In this document: positions 29,334 to 38,452 of the stretch, piece after piece
How positions within the stretch are numbered: the first letter of the stretch is position 1
Layout of the letters: the number at the start of each line of letters is the position of its first letter
NCBI GenBank assembly: GCA_945952105.1
Contig: CAMFGZ010000023.1
Span: 1,790 to 65,789 of the forward strand
Length of the DNA stretch: 64,000 nucleotides
From: an uncultured Rhodospirillaceae bacterium
GTDB lineage: Bacteria > Pseudomonadota > Alphaproteobacteria > Reyranellales > Reyranellaceae
Direction: 5' to 3'
Program-made: the position numbers and the translations under genes
Notes under the pieces: generated by a model
Seen by the model: only the letters and a program-made list of their open reading frames with translations
The model's database searches: none
What the model was told of the DNA's origin: nothing

Positions 29334-29699
29334 CTACGCTTTCACCGCATTCCACTTGCAGCCGCCATCCTGGCTCTGCGCGACCAACGTCGGCGGCGTC
29401 GCGCCGAGATCGGCGGTGTAGGTCAGGTTCATGCGCCCGAGGTCAAAGTGGCCTTCATAGACGTTCGGGCGAACGGGCTTCATCTTCACGTCGATGCCGC
29501 CGGCCGACTTCAATTCGACCTGGCCGTTGACGATCGTGAAGGTGTGTTCGCGCGTGAAGGACGGGTCGGCCTGGATGCAGCCCGAGATGCTGTTCGGGTT
29601 CTGCTTGAACCAGAACTTCACCTCGACGTTCTGCTGCGCGGCGGCGGCAAGCGGCATAAGCCCGACCAGGGCAATCGCGGCGAGTCTCGTCGTGAACAT
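29334..29699 (-). CDS. Small secreted hypothetical protein with two Cys
   Basis: Signal peptide MFTTRLAAIALVGLMPLAAAA, GGAGGA upstream, host-like codon usage. Confidence 0.78.
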   Translation of the reverse strand: MFTTRLAAIALVGLMPLAAAAQQNVEVKFWFKQNPNSISGCIQADPSFTREHTFTIVNGQVELKSAGGIDVKMKPVRPNVYEGHFDLGRMNLTYTADLGATPPTLVAQSQDGGCKWNAVKA

Positions 29700-30080
29700 G
29701 TCAATCGTCCTCCATCGACCCTGAGCTGCCGGGCATAATACAGTGGCAAGATCGCTGCGTCAGTCCTTCCCGCGCAACACACCGTGAACCAGGCCCGAGA
29801 CCGCGCTGCCCGGCATCAGCCAGCGGTCGCCGGAAACTGCTCATGAAGATCGTTCGTGATCGACATGGTCTTTTTGTGCCCGACGTTGCCGCCCGGCCCC
29901 ACGTCCGAACCCATGTCCGGGACCGAACCAGGGCCTCGCCTTCGCGGGGTATCCGGCACATGTTTTTGCACACCGGTGGATGACCTGCCGCGGCGCACAC
30001 GCGAATCGTCACCGAACGGAAACTTGCGCTTCACGAAAGCCACCTAGCGTCCCGCCCTCGTCCCCGAGGGAGTTCACCGC

Positions 30081-31715
30081 ATGTTCCTGCGCCGCCGCAG
30101 CCTGATCGCCGCATCGGGCCTCGCCGCCACGAGTTTCGCCCTGCCGCACGTGGCCCTGGGTCAGACCGACCGCCGGCCCAGCATCACAATCGCAGTGCAG
30201 CAGATCGCCAACAGCGCCGCCCTGGAGCCGCTGCGCGAGCAGTCGAATGTCGGCCAGCGTGTCTTCTCCTTCATGTTCGAGCGGCTGATCATGCAGGACC
30301 TGCTGGCCAAGCTGGAGGAAGTGCCGGGCCTCGCCGAGAGCTGGAAGCGCATCGACGAGCGCACCGTCGAGTTCACCCTGCGCAAGGGCGTGAAGTTCCA
30401 CAACGGCGACGAGATGACGGCCGACGACGTGGTCTTCACCTTCAGCCGCGACCGCATGTTCGGTCCCGATTACGACATTTCCTCGAACAAGACGCTGTTC
30501 ACCTCGGTGCTGATCCGCGATGCGGTCCAGGGCAAGAACCTGCCGCCGGAAGTGCCGGCCGTCGCCAAGCGCCTGTTCCCGGCGCTGGAGAAGGTCGAGG
30601 CGGTCGACAAGTACACGGTACGCTTCGTCAACCGCACGCCCGACGTCACCATGGAAGGCCGCATCGGCCGGCTCGGCAGCGACATCGTCTCGCGCCGCGC
30701 CTACGAGGAAGCCAGGAGCTGGCTCGACTGGGCGCGCATGCCGGTCGCCACCGGTCCCTACAAGGTGCGCGAATTCGTAGCCGACCAGTCGCTGACGCTC
30801 GACTCGCACGACGATTACTGGGGCGGCCGACCGCCGCTGAAGAGCGTGCGCATCGTCGTGGTGCCTGAAGTCGCGACCCGCATCAACGGCCTGCTGGCCG
30901 GCCAGTTCGATTTCATCTGCGATGTGCCGCCGGACCAGATCCCCGGCATCGAGAAGAACCCGAAGTTCGAGGTGCTGGGCAGCACCATCGTCAATCACCG
31001 CCTCACCGTGTTCGACAAGAACCATCCCCGTCTCGCCGATCCGCGCATCCGCCAGGCCTTCACGTACGCCATCGACCGCCAGGCGATCGTCGATGCGCTG
31101 TGGTCGGGCCGCACCCGCGTGCCGGCCGGCCTGCAATGGGAATTCTACGGCCCGATGTTCGTCGAGAACTGGTCGGTGCCGGCCTACGACCTCGGCAAGG
31201 CCAAGGCGCTGCTGAAGGAGGCCAACTACAAGGGCGATCCGATCCCCTACCGCCTGCTCAACAACTACTACACCAACCAGGTGTCGACGGCCCAGGTTCT
31301 GGTCGAGATGTGGCGCGCCGCCGGCCTCAACGTGCAGATCGAGATGAAGGAGAACTGGCAGCAGGTGTTCGACACCAACAGCCCGCGCGCCGTGCGCGAC
31401 TGGTCGAACAGCGCCGGCTTCAACGATCCGATCTCCTCGATCGTGGCGCAGCACGGGCCGCAGGGCCAGCAGCAGCAGGTCGGCGAATGGGCGAACGAGG
31501 AGATGAACAGGCTCTCGGCCGCCATCGAGATCGAGACCGACATGTCCAAGCGCAAGGCGATGTTCAAGCGCATGCTCGAGATCTGCGAACGCGAGGACCC
31601 CGCCTACACGGTGCTGCACCAGAACGCGACCTTCACGGCCAAGCGTAAGGACATCAAGTGGAAGGCCTCGCCGTCCTTCGCCATGGAGTTCCGCGCCAAC
31701 AATTTCTCGGTCTGA
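30081..31715 (+). CDS. ABC transporter substrate-binding protein, family 5 (AccA-like), Tat signal
   Basis: LRRRSLI signal, LAESW, FTLRKGVKFHNG.EMTADDVVFTF, TGPYK, YWG. Confidence 0.93.
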   Translation: MFLRRRSLIAASGLAATSFALPHVALGQTDRRPSITIAVQQIANSAALEPLREQSNVGQRVFSFMFERLIMQDLLAKLEEVPGLAESWKRIDERTVEFTLRKGVKFHNGDEMTADDVVFTFSRDRMFGPDYDISSNKTLFTSVLIRDAVQGKNLPPEVPAVAKRLFPALEKVEAVDKYTVRFVNRTPDVTMEGRIGRLGSDIVSRRAYEEARSWLDWARMPVATGPYKVREFVADQSLTLDSHDDYWGGRPPLKSVRIVVVPEVATRINGLLAGQFDFICDVPPDQIPGIEKNPKFEVLGSTIVNHRLTVFDKNHPRLADPRIRQAFTYAIDRQAIVDALWSGRTRVPAGLQWEFYGPMFVENWSVPAYDLGKAKALLKEANYKGDPIPYRLLNNYYTNQVSTAQVLVEMWRAAGLNVQIEMKENWQQVFDTNSPRAVRDWSNSAGFNDPISSIVAQHGPQGQQQQVGEWANEEMNRLSAAIEIETDMSKRKAMFKRMLEICEREDPAYTVLHQNATFTAKRKDIKWKASPSFAMEFRANNFSV

Positions 31716-31725
31716 GGACGGGCCG

Positions 31726-32730
31726 ATGACCGCTCCCCTCGTCGCGGTACGCGGCCTCACGGTCGATTTCGCGAACGGCGCGCAGACCTCGCGCGCCGTC
31801 GACGGGGTGAGCCTCGAAGTCGCGCCCGGCGAAGCGCTGGGCATCGTGGGCGAATCGGGCTCCGGCAAGAGCGTGACCTGGCTGGCCGCGCTCGGCCTGC
31901 TGCCGGCCAAGGCGCGCGTGACCGGCTCGGTGAAGATCGAGAAGCAGGAGCTGGTCGGCGCCTCGCGCACGAGCCTCGAACAGGTGCGCGGCAAGCGCAT
32001 CGCCATGATCTTCCAGGACCCGTCGAGCTGCCTCAACCCGGTCCACCGCATCGGCCGCCAGCTCGTCGAGGCGCTCGGCCTGCATCGCGGCCTTGCCGGA
32101 CGCGCGGCGGAGGCCGAGGCGCTGCGCCTGCTCGACCAGGTCGGCATCGCCGATGCCAGGCGCCGTCTCGCCGACTATCCGCATCTTCTCTCCGGTGGCC
32201 TCAACCAGCGGGTCATGATTGCCATGGCGCTGGCCGGCCAGCCCGACCTGCTGGTCGCCGACGAGCCGACGACGGCGCTCGACGCCACCATCCAGGCGCA
32301 AATCCTGGCGTTGCTGGGCAGCATCCGTCGCGACACCGGCATGGCGATGATCCTGATCAGCCATGATCTGGGTGTCGTCGCTGAAAACGTCGATCGCGTC
32401 GCGGTCATGTATGCCGGCCGTCTGGTCGAGGAAGCGCCCGGCGCCGACCTGTTCGGCGCGGCACGGCATCCCTACACGCAGGGCCTGCTCGCGGCGCTCC
32501 CGGCCCTGACCGGCCCGCGCCGCCGGCTCACGGCCATTCCCGGCACCGTGCCCGATCCCCGCAACATGCCGGCCGGCTGCCGCTTCGCGCCGCGTTGTCC
32601 CGTCGCCGAGACGCGCTGCGCGACCGTCCCTCCGCCCGCGCGCACCGTCGGCTTCCTGCACATCGCCACCTGCCATCGCCCGATCGAGGCAGGCACGTCC
32701 GTCTGGTCGCTGCCGCAGGCTGCGGAATGA
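31726..32730 (+). CDS. Dipeptide/oligopeptide-type ABC ATPase (DppD-like)
   Basis: [36 protein letters not shown]-terminal Cys motif. Confidence 0.95.
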   Translation: MTAPLVAVRGLTVDFANGAQTSRAVDGVSLEVAPGEALGIVGESGSGKSVTWLAALGLLPAKARVTGSVKIEKQELVGASRTSLEQVRGKRIAMIFQDPSSCLNPVHRIGRQLVEALGLHRGLAGRAAEAEALRLLDQVGIADARRRLADYPHLLSGGLNQRVMIAMALAGQPDLLVADEPTTALDATIQAQILALLGSIRRDTGMAMILISHDLGVVAENVDRVAVMYAGRLVEEAPGADLFGAARHPYTQGLLAALPALTGPRRRLTAIPGTVPDPRNMPAGCRFAPRCPVAETRCATVPPPARTVGFLHIATCHRPIEAGTSVWSLPQAAE

Positions 32731-33725
32731 GCGCGCTCCTTCAGGCGAGCGATCTGCGACGCCACTATCAGGTTCGCACCGGCCAAGGTCTCCTTTCACC
32801 GAAAGCGACGCTGCGCGCGGTCGATGGCGTGTCGCTCACCCTCGAACGTGGCCGCACCTTGGGCCTCGTCGGCGAATCGGGCTGCGGCAAGTCGACGACC
32901 GGCAAGCTCGTGCTGGGTCTGGTGCCGCCGACCACCGGCACGGTGCGCTATCATGGCGAACCGCTGCCTGCTTTCGGCACGCCGGCGTGGCGCGGCCTGC
33001 GCCGTCACATCCAGATGGTCTATCAGGACCCGCTGGGCGCCCTCGACCGCCGCCTGCCGATCGGGACGCAGATCGAAGAGCCTCTCGCCATCCACGAACA
33101 GGTCCCGGCCGCCGAGCGCCGCGAGCGTGCGCGGGCGGCGATGGAGTCGGTCGGCCTGCAACCGCACCAGTACGAACGCTATCCGTACGAACTGTCGGGT
33201 GGCCAGCGCCAGCGGGTCGTGCTGGCGCGTGCGCTGATGACCGGCCCCGATCTGCTGGTCTGCGACGAGCCGATCTCGGCGCTCGACGTCTCGATCCAGG
33301 CGCAGGTCGTGAACCTGCTGCTCGACCTGCAGGAGCGGCTGGGCATCACCTATCTGTTCATCAGTCACGACCTCAAGGTCGTGCGCCAGGTCAGCCACGA
33401 CGTAGCAGTCATGTATCTCGGCCGTATCGTCGAGCAGGGCGAGGCCGAGAGCCTGTTTGCCGCGCCGGCACACCCCTACACGCGCGCGCTGGTGGCGGCG
33501 ATCCCGACCGTCAGCCTGACCGGCGGACCGAAGCGCGAGAAGATGCTGCTGCAGGGCGATCCGCCCAATCCGGTGAACGTGCCATCGGGCTGTGCTTTCC
33601 ACACGCGCTGCCCCTTCGCGACCGCACAGTGCCGCGCGGAAGCACCGACCCTGCAGCCGCTGGCCGGCGGGCGCATGGTCGCCTGCCATCGGGTGCACGA
33701 GCCTGCCCTGCGGGTCGCCGCCTGA
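32727..33725 (+). CDS. Dipeptide/oligopeptide-type ABC ATPase (DppF-like)
   Basis: ATG 32727; GESGCGKST, LSGGQRQRV, CDEPISALD, HPYTRAL, CAFHTRCP. Confidence 0.95.
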   Translation: MSALLQASDLRRHYQVRTGQGLLSPKATLRAVDGVSLTLERGRTLGLVGESGCGKSTTGKLVLGLVPPTTGTVRYHGEPLPAFGTPAWRGLRRHIQMVYQDPLGALDRRLPIGTQIEEPLAIHEQVPAAERRERARAAMESVGLQPHQYERYPYELSGGQRQRVVLARALMTGPDLLVCDEPISALDVSIQAQVVNLLLDLQERLGITYLFISHDLKVVRQVSHDVAVMYLGRIVEQGEAESLFAAPAHPYTRALVAAIPTVSLTGGPKREKMLLQGDPPNPVNVPSGCAFHTRCPFATAQCRAEAPTLQPLAGGRMVACHRVHEPALRVAA

Positions 33726-34654
33726 TGCTGATGTTTGCCACCTCCCGCCTGCTGCGCGCCGGTCTCACCATCCTGTTCGTGATGACCTTCGCCTTCGTGG
33801 TGCTGCGCCTCTCCGGCGATCCGGCGCTGATGATCATGTCGGTCGACGCGCCGCCCGAGGCGATCGCGGCCTTCCGCGAATCCTGGGGCCTCAACCAGCC
33901 GATCTGGGAACAGTATCTCGCCTATGTCGGCCACGCGCTCACGGGCGATTTCGGCAAGTCGATGCGCGATGGACGGCCCGCCATCGATCTCGTGATGGAG
34001 CGCGTCCCGGCGACGCTCGCCATCACCCTGCCGGCGCTGGCGCTGAAAATCGGCCTCGGGATTCCCGCCGGCATCTATGCAGCACTTCACCGCAATTCGA
34101 TGGCCGACCGGCTGACCATGGCTGCCTCGGTCGCAGGCTTCACCATGCCGAGCTTCGTGCTGGCGCTGCTGCTGGTGCTGGTCTTCGCCGTCCAGCTCGG
34201 CTGGCTGCCGGCGAGCGGCAGCGACGGCATCACCTCCGCCATCCTGCCCATCCTGACATTGGGCATCGGCGGTGCGGCGATCATGGCGCGCTTCACGCGC
34301 TCGGCCATGCTCGAAGTGCTGGGCCAGCCCTATATCCGCGCCGCCTCGGCAAAGGGCGTGACCTGGCACACGGTCGTGACGCGCCACGCACTGCCCAATG
34401 CCGCCATCCCGACGGTCACCATCGTGGGCTTCATGGTCGGCAGCCTTGTGGCCGGCGCCGTCGTCGTCGAAAGCGTGTTTTCGTGGCCGGGCATCGGCCG
34501 CCTGCTGGTCTCGGCCGTCGCCAATCGCGACCTCGCGATCGTGCAGGCGATCCTGATGGTGATCGCGGCCTGGATGGTGATGGCCAACCTCACCGTCGAT
34601 CTCGCCTATGGCTGGCTCGATCCGCGCGTGCGCGGCACGGCCGCGGCGCACTGA
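33725..34654 (+). CDS. ABC permease (DppB-like)
   Basis: ATG 33725; GDFGKS, EVLGQPYIRAASAKG, HALPNA, VESVFSWPGIG. Confidence 0.95.
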   Translation: MLMFATSRLLRAGLTILFVMTFAFVVLRLSGDPALMIMSVDAPPEAIAAFRESWGLNQPIWEQYLAYVGHALTGDFGKSMRDGRPAIDLVMERVPATLAITLPALALKIGLGIPAGIYAALHRNSMADRLTMAASVAGFTMPSFVLALLLVLVFAVQLGWLPASGSDGITSAILPILTLGIGGAAIMARFTRSAMLEVLGQPYIRAASAKGVTWHTVVTRHALPNAAIPTVTIVGFMVGSLVAGAVVVESVFSWPGIGRLLVSAVANRDLAIVQAILMVIAAWMVMANLTVDLAYGWLDPRVRGTAAAH

Positions 34655-34665
34655 GGGCAACAACC

Positions 34666-35535
34666 ATGGCCCTCGCCGAAAGGGTCGCCACCCTTCCCGT
34701 CCACCACCGGCTCGTCTCACTGCCGTTCGGCGTGATCCTGGCGCTGGCCTGGCTCGTCCTGATGGTCGTGACCGCGCTGGGCGCGGATTTCCTCGTGCCC
34801 TATTCCATCACCGCTCTCGACCTCAAGGCGCGACTGGCGCCACCGGTGCTGATGGGCGGCACCACGGCTCACCTGCTGGGCACCGACGAACTCGGCCGCG
34901 ACGTGCTCTCGCGCCTCATCATGTCGATTCGCATGAGTCTGCTGATCGCGCTGTTCGGCACGATCATCGCGGCGACGCTCGGCACCGCGCTGGGCTTCCT
35001 CGCGGCGCATTTCCGACGGGCCGTCGAGCAGGTCGTCCTGATGGCCATCGACTTCCAGGCGAGCATGCCCTTCATGATCATCGCCCTCGCGGTGCTGGCG
35101 TTCATGGGCAACAGCCTGCCGCTGTTCATTGCGCTGATGGGCTTCCATTCCTGGGAGCGTTACGCGCGCATCACCCGGGGCCTCACCCTGGCAGCCAACG
35201 AGCAGGGATACGCGGCGGCGATCCGGCAACTCGGCGCCGGCCCTGCCCGCATCTACGGACTGCATATTCTGCCCAACATCGCCTCGACCCTGATCGTGTC
35301 GATGACGCTCACCTTCCCCGAGATCATCCTGCTGGAAAGCGGCCTCTCGTTCCTTGGCCTCGGCGTGCAGCCGCCGCTCGCCTCGCTCGGCAACATGGTG
35401 GGTTACGGCCGCGAATATATCAGCCACGCCCCGTGGATCATGCTGGCGCCGGCCGCGACGATCGTGATCACCACTCTTTCGATCAGCCTTCTAGGCGACT
35501 GGCTGCGCGACAAGCTCGATCCGACGTTGCGGTGA
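34666..35535 (+). CDS. ABC permease (DppC-like)
   Basis: ATG 34666; HLLGTDELGRDVLSRL, HILPN, ESGLSFLGLG, GDWLRDKLDP. Confidence 0.95.
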   Translation: MALAERVATLPVHHRLVSLPFGVILALAWLVLMVVTALGADFLVPYSITALDLKARLAPPVLMGGTTAHLLGTDELGRDVLSRLIMSIRMSLLIALFGTIIAATLGTALGFLAAHFRRAVEQVVLMAIDFQASMPFMIIALAVLAFMGNSLPLFIALMGFHSWERYARITRGLTLAANEQGYAAAIRQLGAGPARIYGLHILPNIASTLIVSMTLTFPEIILLESGLSFLGLGVQPPLASLGNMVGYGREYISHAPWIMLAPAATIVITTLSISLLGDWLRDKLDPTLR

Positions 35536-35542
35536 GCGCAAA

Positions 35543-35637
35543 GGTCGCTCGTCTGCGCTCGGAATGACGGCATTGTTGGACTTGACGCAAGTGCGTCGAT
35601 GACGAAAGCGGTGTCTTCCCGAGCGCAAGCGAGGGGC
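35543..35637. repeat. Two back-to-back arms of a REP/RPE-like palindromic element
   Basis: Minus-strand GTCATTCCGAGCGCAGACGAGCGACC (35568-35543) and plus-strand GTCTTCCCGAGCGCAAGCGAGGGG (35613-35636), with a small hairpin GACGCA-AG-TGCGTC between them, at a convergent junction. Confidence 0.6.
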
Positions 35638-35642
35638 TTCCG

Positions 35643-36239
35643 CTACTTCCTCCGCTGCGGATGGAGCGTCTCGCCGCGCTTCAGCATCTGGACGAAGTCC
35701 GCGATCTTTTTCCTGCGACCCGCTTCTGTCTTCATGTTCCCGGTCCTGAAGGCCAGAGCGAAGCGATTCTGGGCGGTGAGCGTCGCCAGCATCGCCCTTG
35801 CCTTCGGTTCCGCGTCGATGGCCGCCTGCAGGTCCGGCGGGATTTGCGATCCCTTGGTCCGGTAAGCGCGGTCCCAGCGGCCGTCGGCTTTTGCCGCCTC
35901 GACCTGCTTCAGACCGTGTGGCGTCATCCGGCCGGCTTCGACCAGACGGGCGACATTGTCGACGTTGATCTGGCTCCACACACTCTTGGCGCCGCGCGGC
36001 GTGTAGCGCTGCAGGAAGCTTTTATCGTCGAAGCCCTTGCGGACGCCGTCGATCCAGCCCCAGCACAGGATGACGTCGATCGCCTCCTTCGGCGTGATCG
36101 ACTTCAGGCCCGAGCCGACCTTGTGGATCTTGATCCAGACTTCGCTTTCCTTGTCGTGATGCTTGCCCAGCCATTTGTGGAAGCTGGCTTCCGTTGGAAA
36201 TTCGCGGACCTTGTTCGGATCGACCGTCACCGGCGCCAT
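35643..36239 (-). CDS. YdeI/OmpD-associated family protein
   Basis: F..WL.KHHD..SEVW.KIHK, LCWGWIDG, YTPRG.KS.WS..N, GRMT..G, P.DLQAA; TGATG coupling to the enolase gene. Confidence 0.88.
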   Translation of the reverse strand: MAPVTVDPNKVREFPTEASFHKWLGKHHDKESEVWIKIHKVGSGLKSITPKEAIDVILCWGWIDGVRKGFDDKSFLQRYTPRGAKSVWSQINVDNVARLVEAGRMTPHGLKQVEAAKADGRWDRAYRTKGSQIPPDLQAAIDAEPKARAMLATLTAQNRFALAFRTGNMKTEAGRRKKIADFVQMLKRGETLHPQRRK

Positions 36240-37375
36240 CAGCACACCCGGTAGCGTTCGACGGCATCGCGGTCGAGCTCGATGCCGAGGCCCGGCCCCT
36301 CGGGCAACAGGACGTGGCCAGCCTCGAGCGTGAGCGGCGTCTTCAGCAGCTTGGTGCGCAGCTCGTTGTCACTCATGTCGTATTCCAGCATCGCCGGATG
36401 CGGCGGATGCTCGGTGTGCGGCGTCGCCGGCAGCGCGGCGAGGAAGTGGCAGGCCGTCGCGAGGCCCACGGCGCCGCCCCAGACATGCGGCGCCACCCGC
36501 AGGTTCTGCGCATGCGCCAGGGCGACGATACGCTTGGCCTCGGTGATGCCGCCGACGCCGGGGATCGAGGGCTGCACGATGTCGATGCAGCGCCCGTCGA
36601 TCAGTGCGCGGAAGTCGCGGACCGTGTGATGTGCCTCGCCGGCCGCCAGCGCGATCGGCGAGCGCGCACGCAAGTCGGCATAGCCGCGGAAATCGCCCGG
36701 CGGCAGCGGCTCCTCGATCCAGTGGATATCGAACGGCTCGATCGCCCGCGCGCATTCCAGCGCCACATCGGCGGTATAGGCGCCGTTGACGTCGACCAGC
36801 AGCAGTTTGTCCGGTCCGATGGCCTCGCGTGCGAGCTTCACCCTCTCGACGTCGCTCCTGATTCCTCGGCCGATCTTGATCTTGGCGCCGGCATAGGGGT
36901 GGTTCGCCGCCTCCGCCATCATATGCTCGAGCTGGCGATCGGGATCGCTGGAGAAGAAGCCGGTCGAGGCATAGGCCGGAAAGCGCGTCGCGCCGCAGCC
37001 GCCGATCAGGTCGCAGACCCTCACGCCGAAGCCGCGCGCCATGGCGTCCCACAAAGCGACGTTGATGCCGGCGAGGCACGAGGTGAGCTGGTTGCCGACG
37101 CCCAGGTGATAGATCGCGTTGCGCACCCTCGCCTCGACATGATCGAAGTCGAAGAGGCTGCGGCCCACGAACATCGGTTCGAGCATGCGGAAATACTCCC
37201 GCGTCACCAGCGGATTGCCGAAGGCCTCGCCGATCCCGGTCACGCCCTGGTCGGTCTCGACCTCGACCAGTCCGCCCTGTCGGCGGAAACCGCCGCCGCG
37301 CGACATGCCGTAGGCCTTTTCCGGCGCGAAGGCATATTCAAGTCCGATGAACGAAAGACGCCGGATCGTCGGCAT
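36239..37375 (-). CDS. Mandelate racemase/muconate lactonizing enzyme family (enolase superfamily)
   Basis: ATG 37375; GIGEA, ALWD, KIKIG, LVDVN, WIEEP, LAAGE, IVQP, VAPHVWG. Confidence 0.92.
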   Translation of the reverse strand: MPTIRRLSFIGLEYAFAPEKAYGMSRGGGFRRQGGLVEVETDQGVTGIGEAFGNPLVTREYFRMLEPMFVGRSLFDFDHVEARVRNAIYHLGVGNQLTSCLAGINVALWDAMARGFGVRVCDLIGGCGATRFPAYASTGFFSSDPDRQLEHMMAEAANHPYAGAKIKIGRGIRSDVERVKLAREAIGPDKLLLVDVNGAYTADVALECARAIEPFDIHWIEEPLPPGDFRGYADLRARSPIALAAGEAHHTVRDFRALIDGRCIDIVQPSIPGVGGITEAKRIVALAHAQNLRVAPHVWGGAVGLATACHFLAALPATPHTEHPPHPAMLEYDMSDNELRTKLLKTPLTLEAGHVLLPEGPGLGIELDRDAVERYRVC

Positions 37376-37435
37376 GGCAGCTCCTGCAAATCCCGCGCTA
37401 TGGTGGGCTCCAAAAGCAATTGGAGGCAACTGCTC

Positions 37436-38452
37436 ATGGCCAGCATTCCCAAGACTCACCGCCGCGTCGTGCTCGTGCGTCGTCCGCCCGGTGAACCGGT
37501 CGAATCTGATTTCCGCATCGAGGAGGTGCCGATCCCCGAGCCGCGCCACGGCGAGGTACTGGTGAAGGTGCACTATCTCTCGCTCGATCCCTACCAGCGC
37601 GGCCGCATGCGCGACGCCGCCTCCTACGCCTCGCCCGTCGGCCTCGGCGAGGTGATGACCGGCGGCACGGTGGGCGAGGTCGTGGCCTCGCAGCATGCCG
37701 GCTTCAAGGTCGGCGACATCGTCGAGGACCGGCTCGGCTGGCAGGAATATGCGATCGGCGGCGGCCCCGCCCTGCGCAAGGTCGATCCCTCGCTGGCGCC
37801 GATTTCGACCGCCAACGGCGTTCTAGGCATGCCGGGCATGACCGCCTATTTCGGCCTGCTGCACGTCGGCCAGCCCAAGCCCGGCGAGACCGTCGTCGTG
37901 TCGGCCGCCTCCGGTGCCGTCGGCCAGGTGGTGGGCCAGATCGCGAAGATCATGGGCTGCCGCACCGTCGGCATTGCCGGTGGCACGAAGAAGTGCGCCT
38001 TCGTGAAGGACGAGCTCGGCTTCGATGCCTGCATCGACTACAAGGCCGAGAAGGACCTCGACGCCGCGCTGCGCGCCGCCTGCCCCAACGGACCCGACGT
38101 CTATTTCGACAATGTCGGCGGCGAGATCACCGACGCCGTCCTGCGCAACATCAACTTCTTCGGCCGCGTGGCGCTGTGCGGCTCGATCTCCCAATACAAC
38201 GCGACCGGCGCCTCGATGGGGCCGCGCCTGCTCGGCACCTTCGTGGGCAAGCGCGTGACCGCGCGCGGCTTCATCGTCACCGACTTCGCACAGTATTACG
38301 GCCCCGCCATGCGCCAGATGGGCGAATGGATCCGCGACGGTAAGCTCAAATACCGCGAGGACATCGTCGAGGGCATCGACAAGGCGCCGCGCGCCTTCAT
38401 CGGCCTGCTCCGCGGCGAGAACTTCGGCAAGATGCTGGTGAAGCTCGCATGA
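37436..38452 (+). CDS. NADP-dependent alkenal/one (ene) reductase, MDR family (CurA/PTGR-like)
   Basis: ATG 37436; LSLDPYQRGRM, LGMPGMTAYFGL, VSAASGAVGQVVGQ, YFDNVGG, CGSISQYN, GENFGK. Confidence 0.92.
   Translation: MASIPKTHRRVVLVRRPPGEPVESDFRIEEVPIPEPRHGEVLVKVHYLSLDPYQRGRMRDAASYASPVGLGEVMTGGTVGEVVASQHAGFKVGDIVEDRLGWQEYAIGGGPALRKVDPSLAPISTANGVLGMPGMTAYFGLLHVGQPKPGETVVVSAASGAVGQVVGQIAKIMGCRTVGIAGGTKKCAFVKDELGFDACIDYKAEKDLDAALRAACPNGPDVYFDNVGGEITDAVLRNINFFGRVALCGSISQYNATGASMGPRLLGTFVGKRVTARGFIVTDFAQYYGPAMRQMGEWIRDGKLKYREDIVEGIDKAPRAFIGLLRGENFGKMLVKLA

Noticed and set aside
29816-30043. 75-aa minus-strand ORF in the large intergenic region
   Set aside because: No clear RBS, weaker third-position GC than neighbouring genes, no motif; not supportable as a CDS without homology data.
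30009-32147. 712-aa minus-strand ORF
   Set aside because: Shadow of the ABC SBP and ATPase genes.
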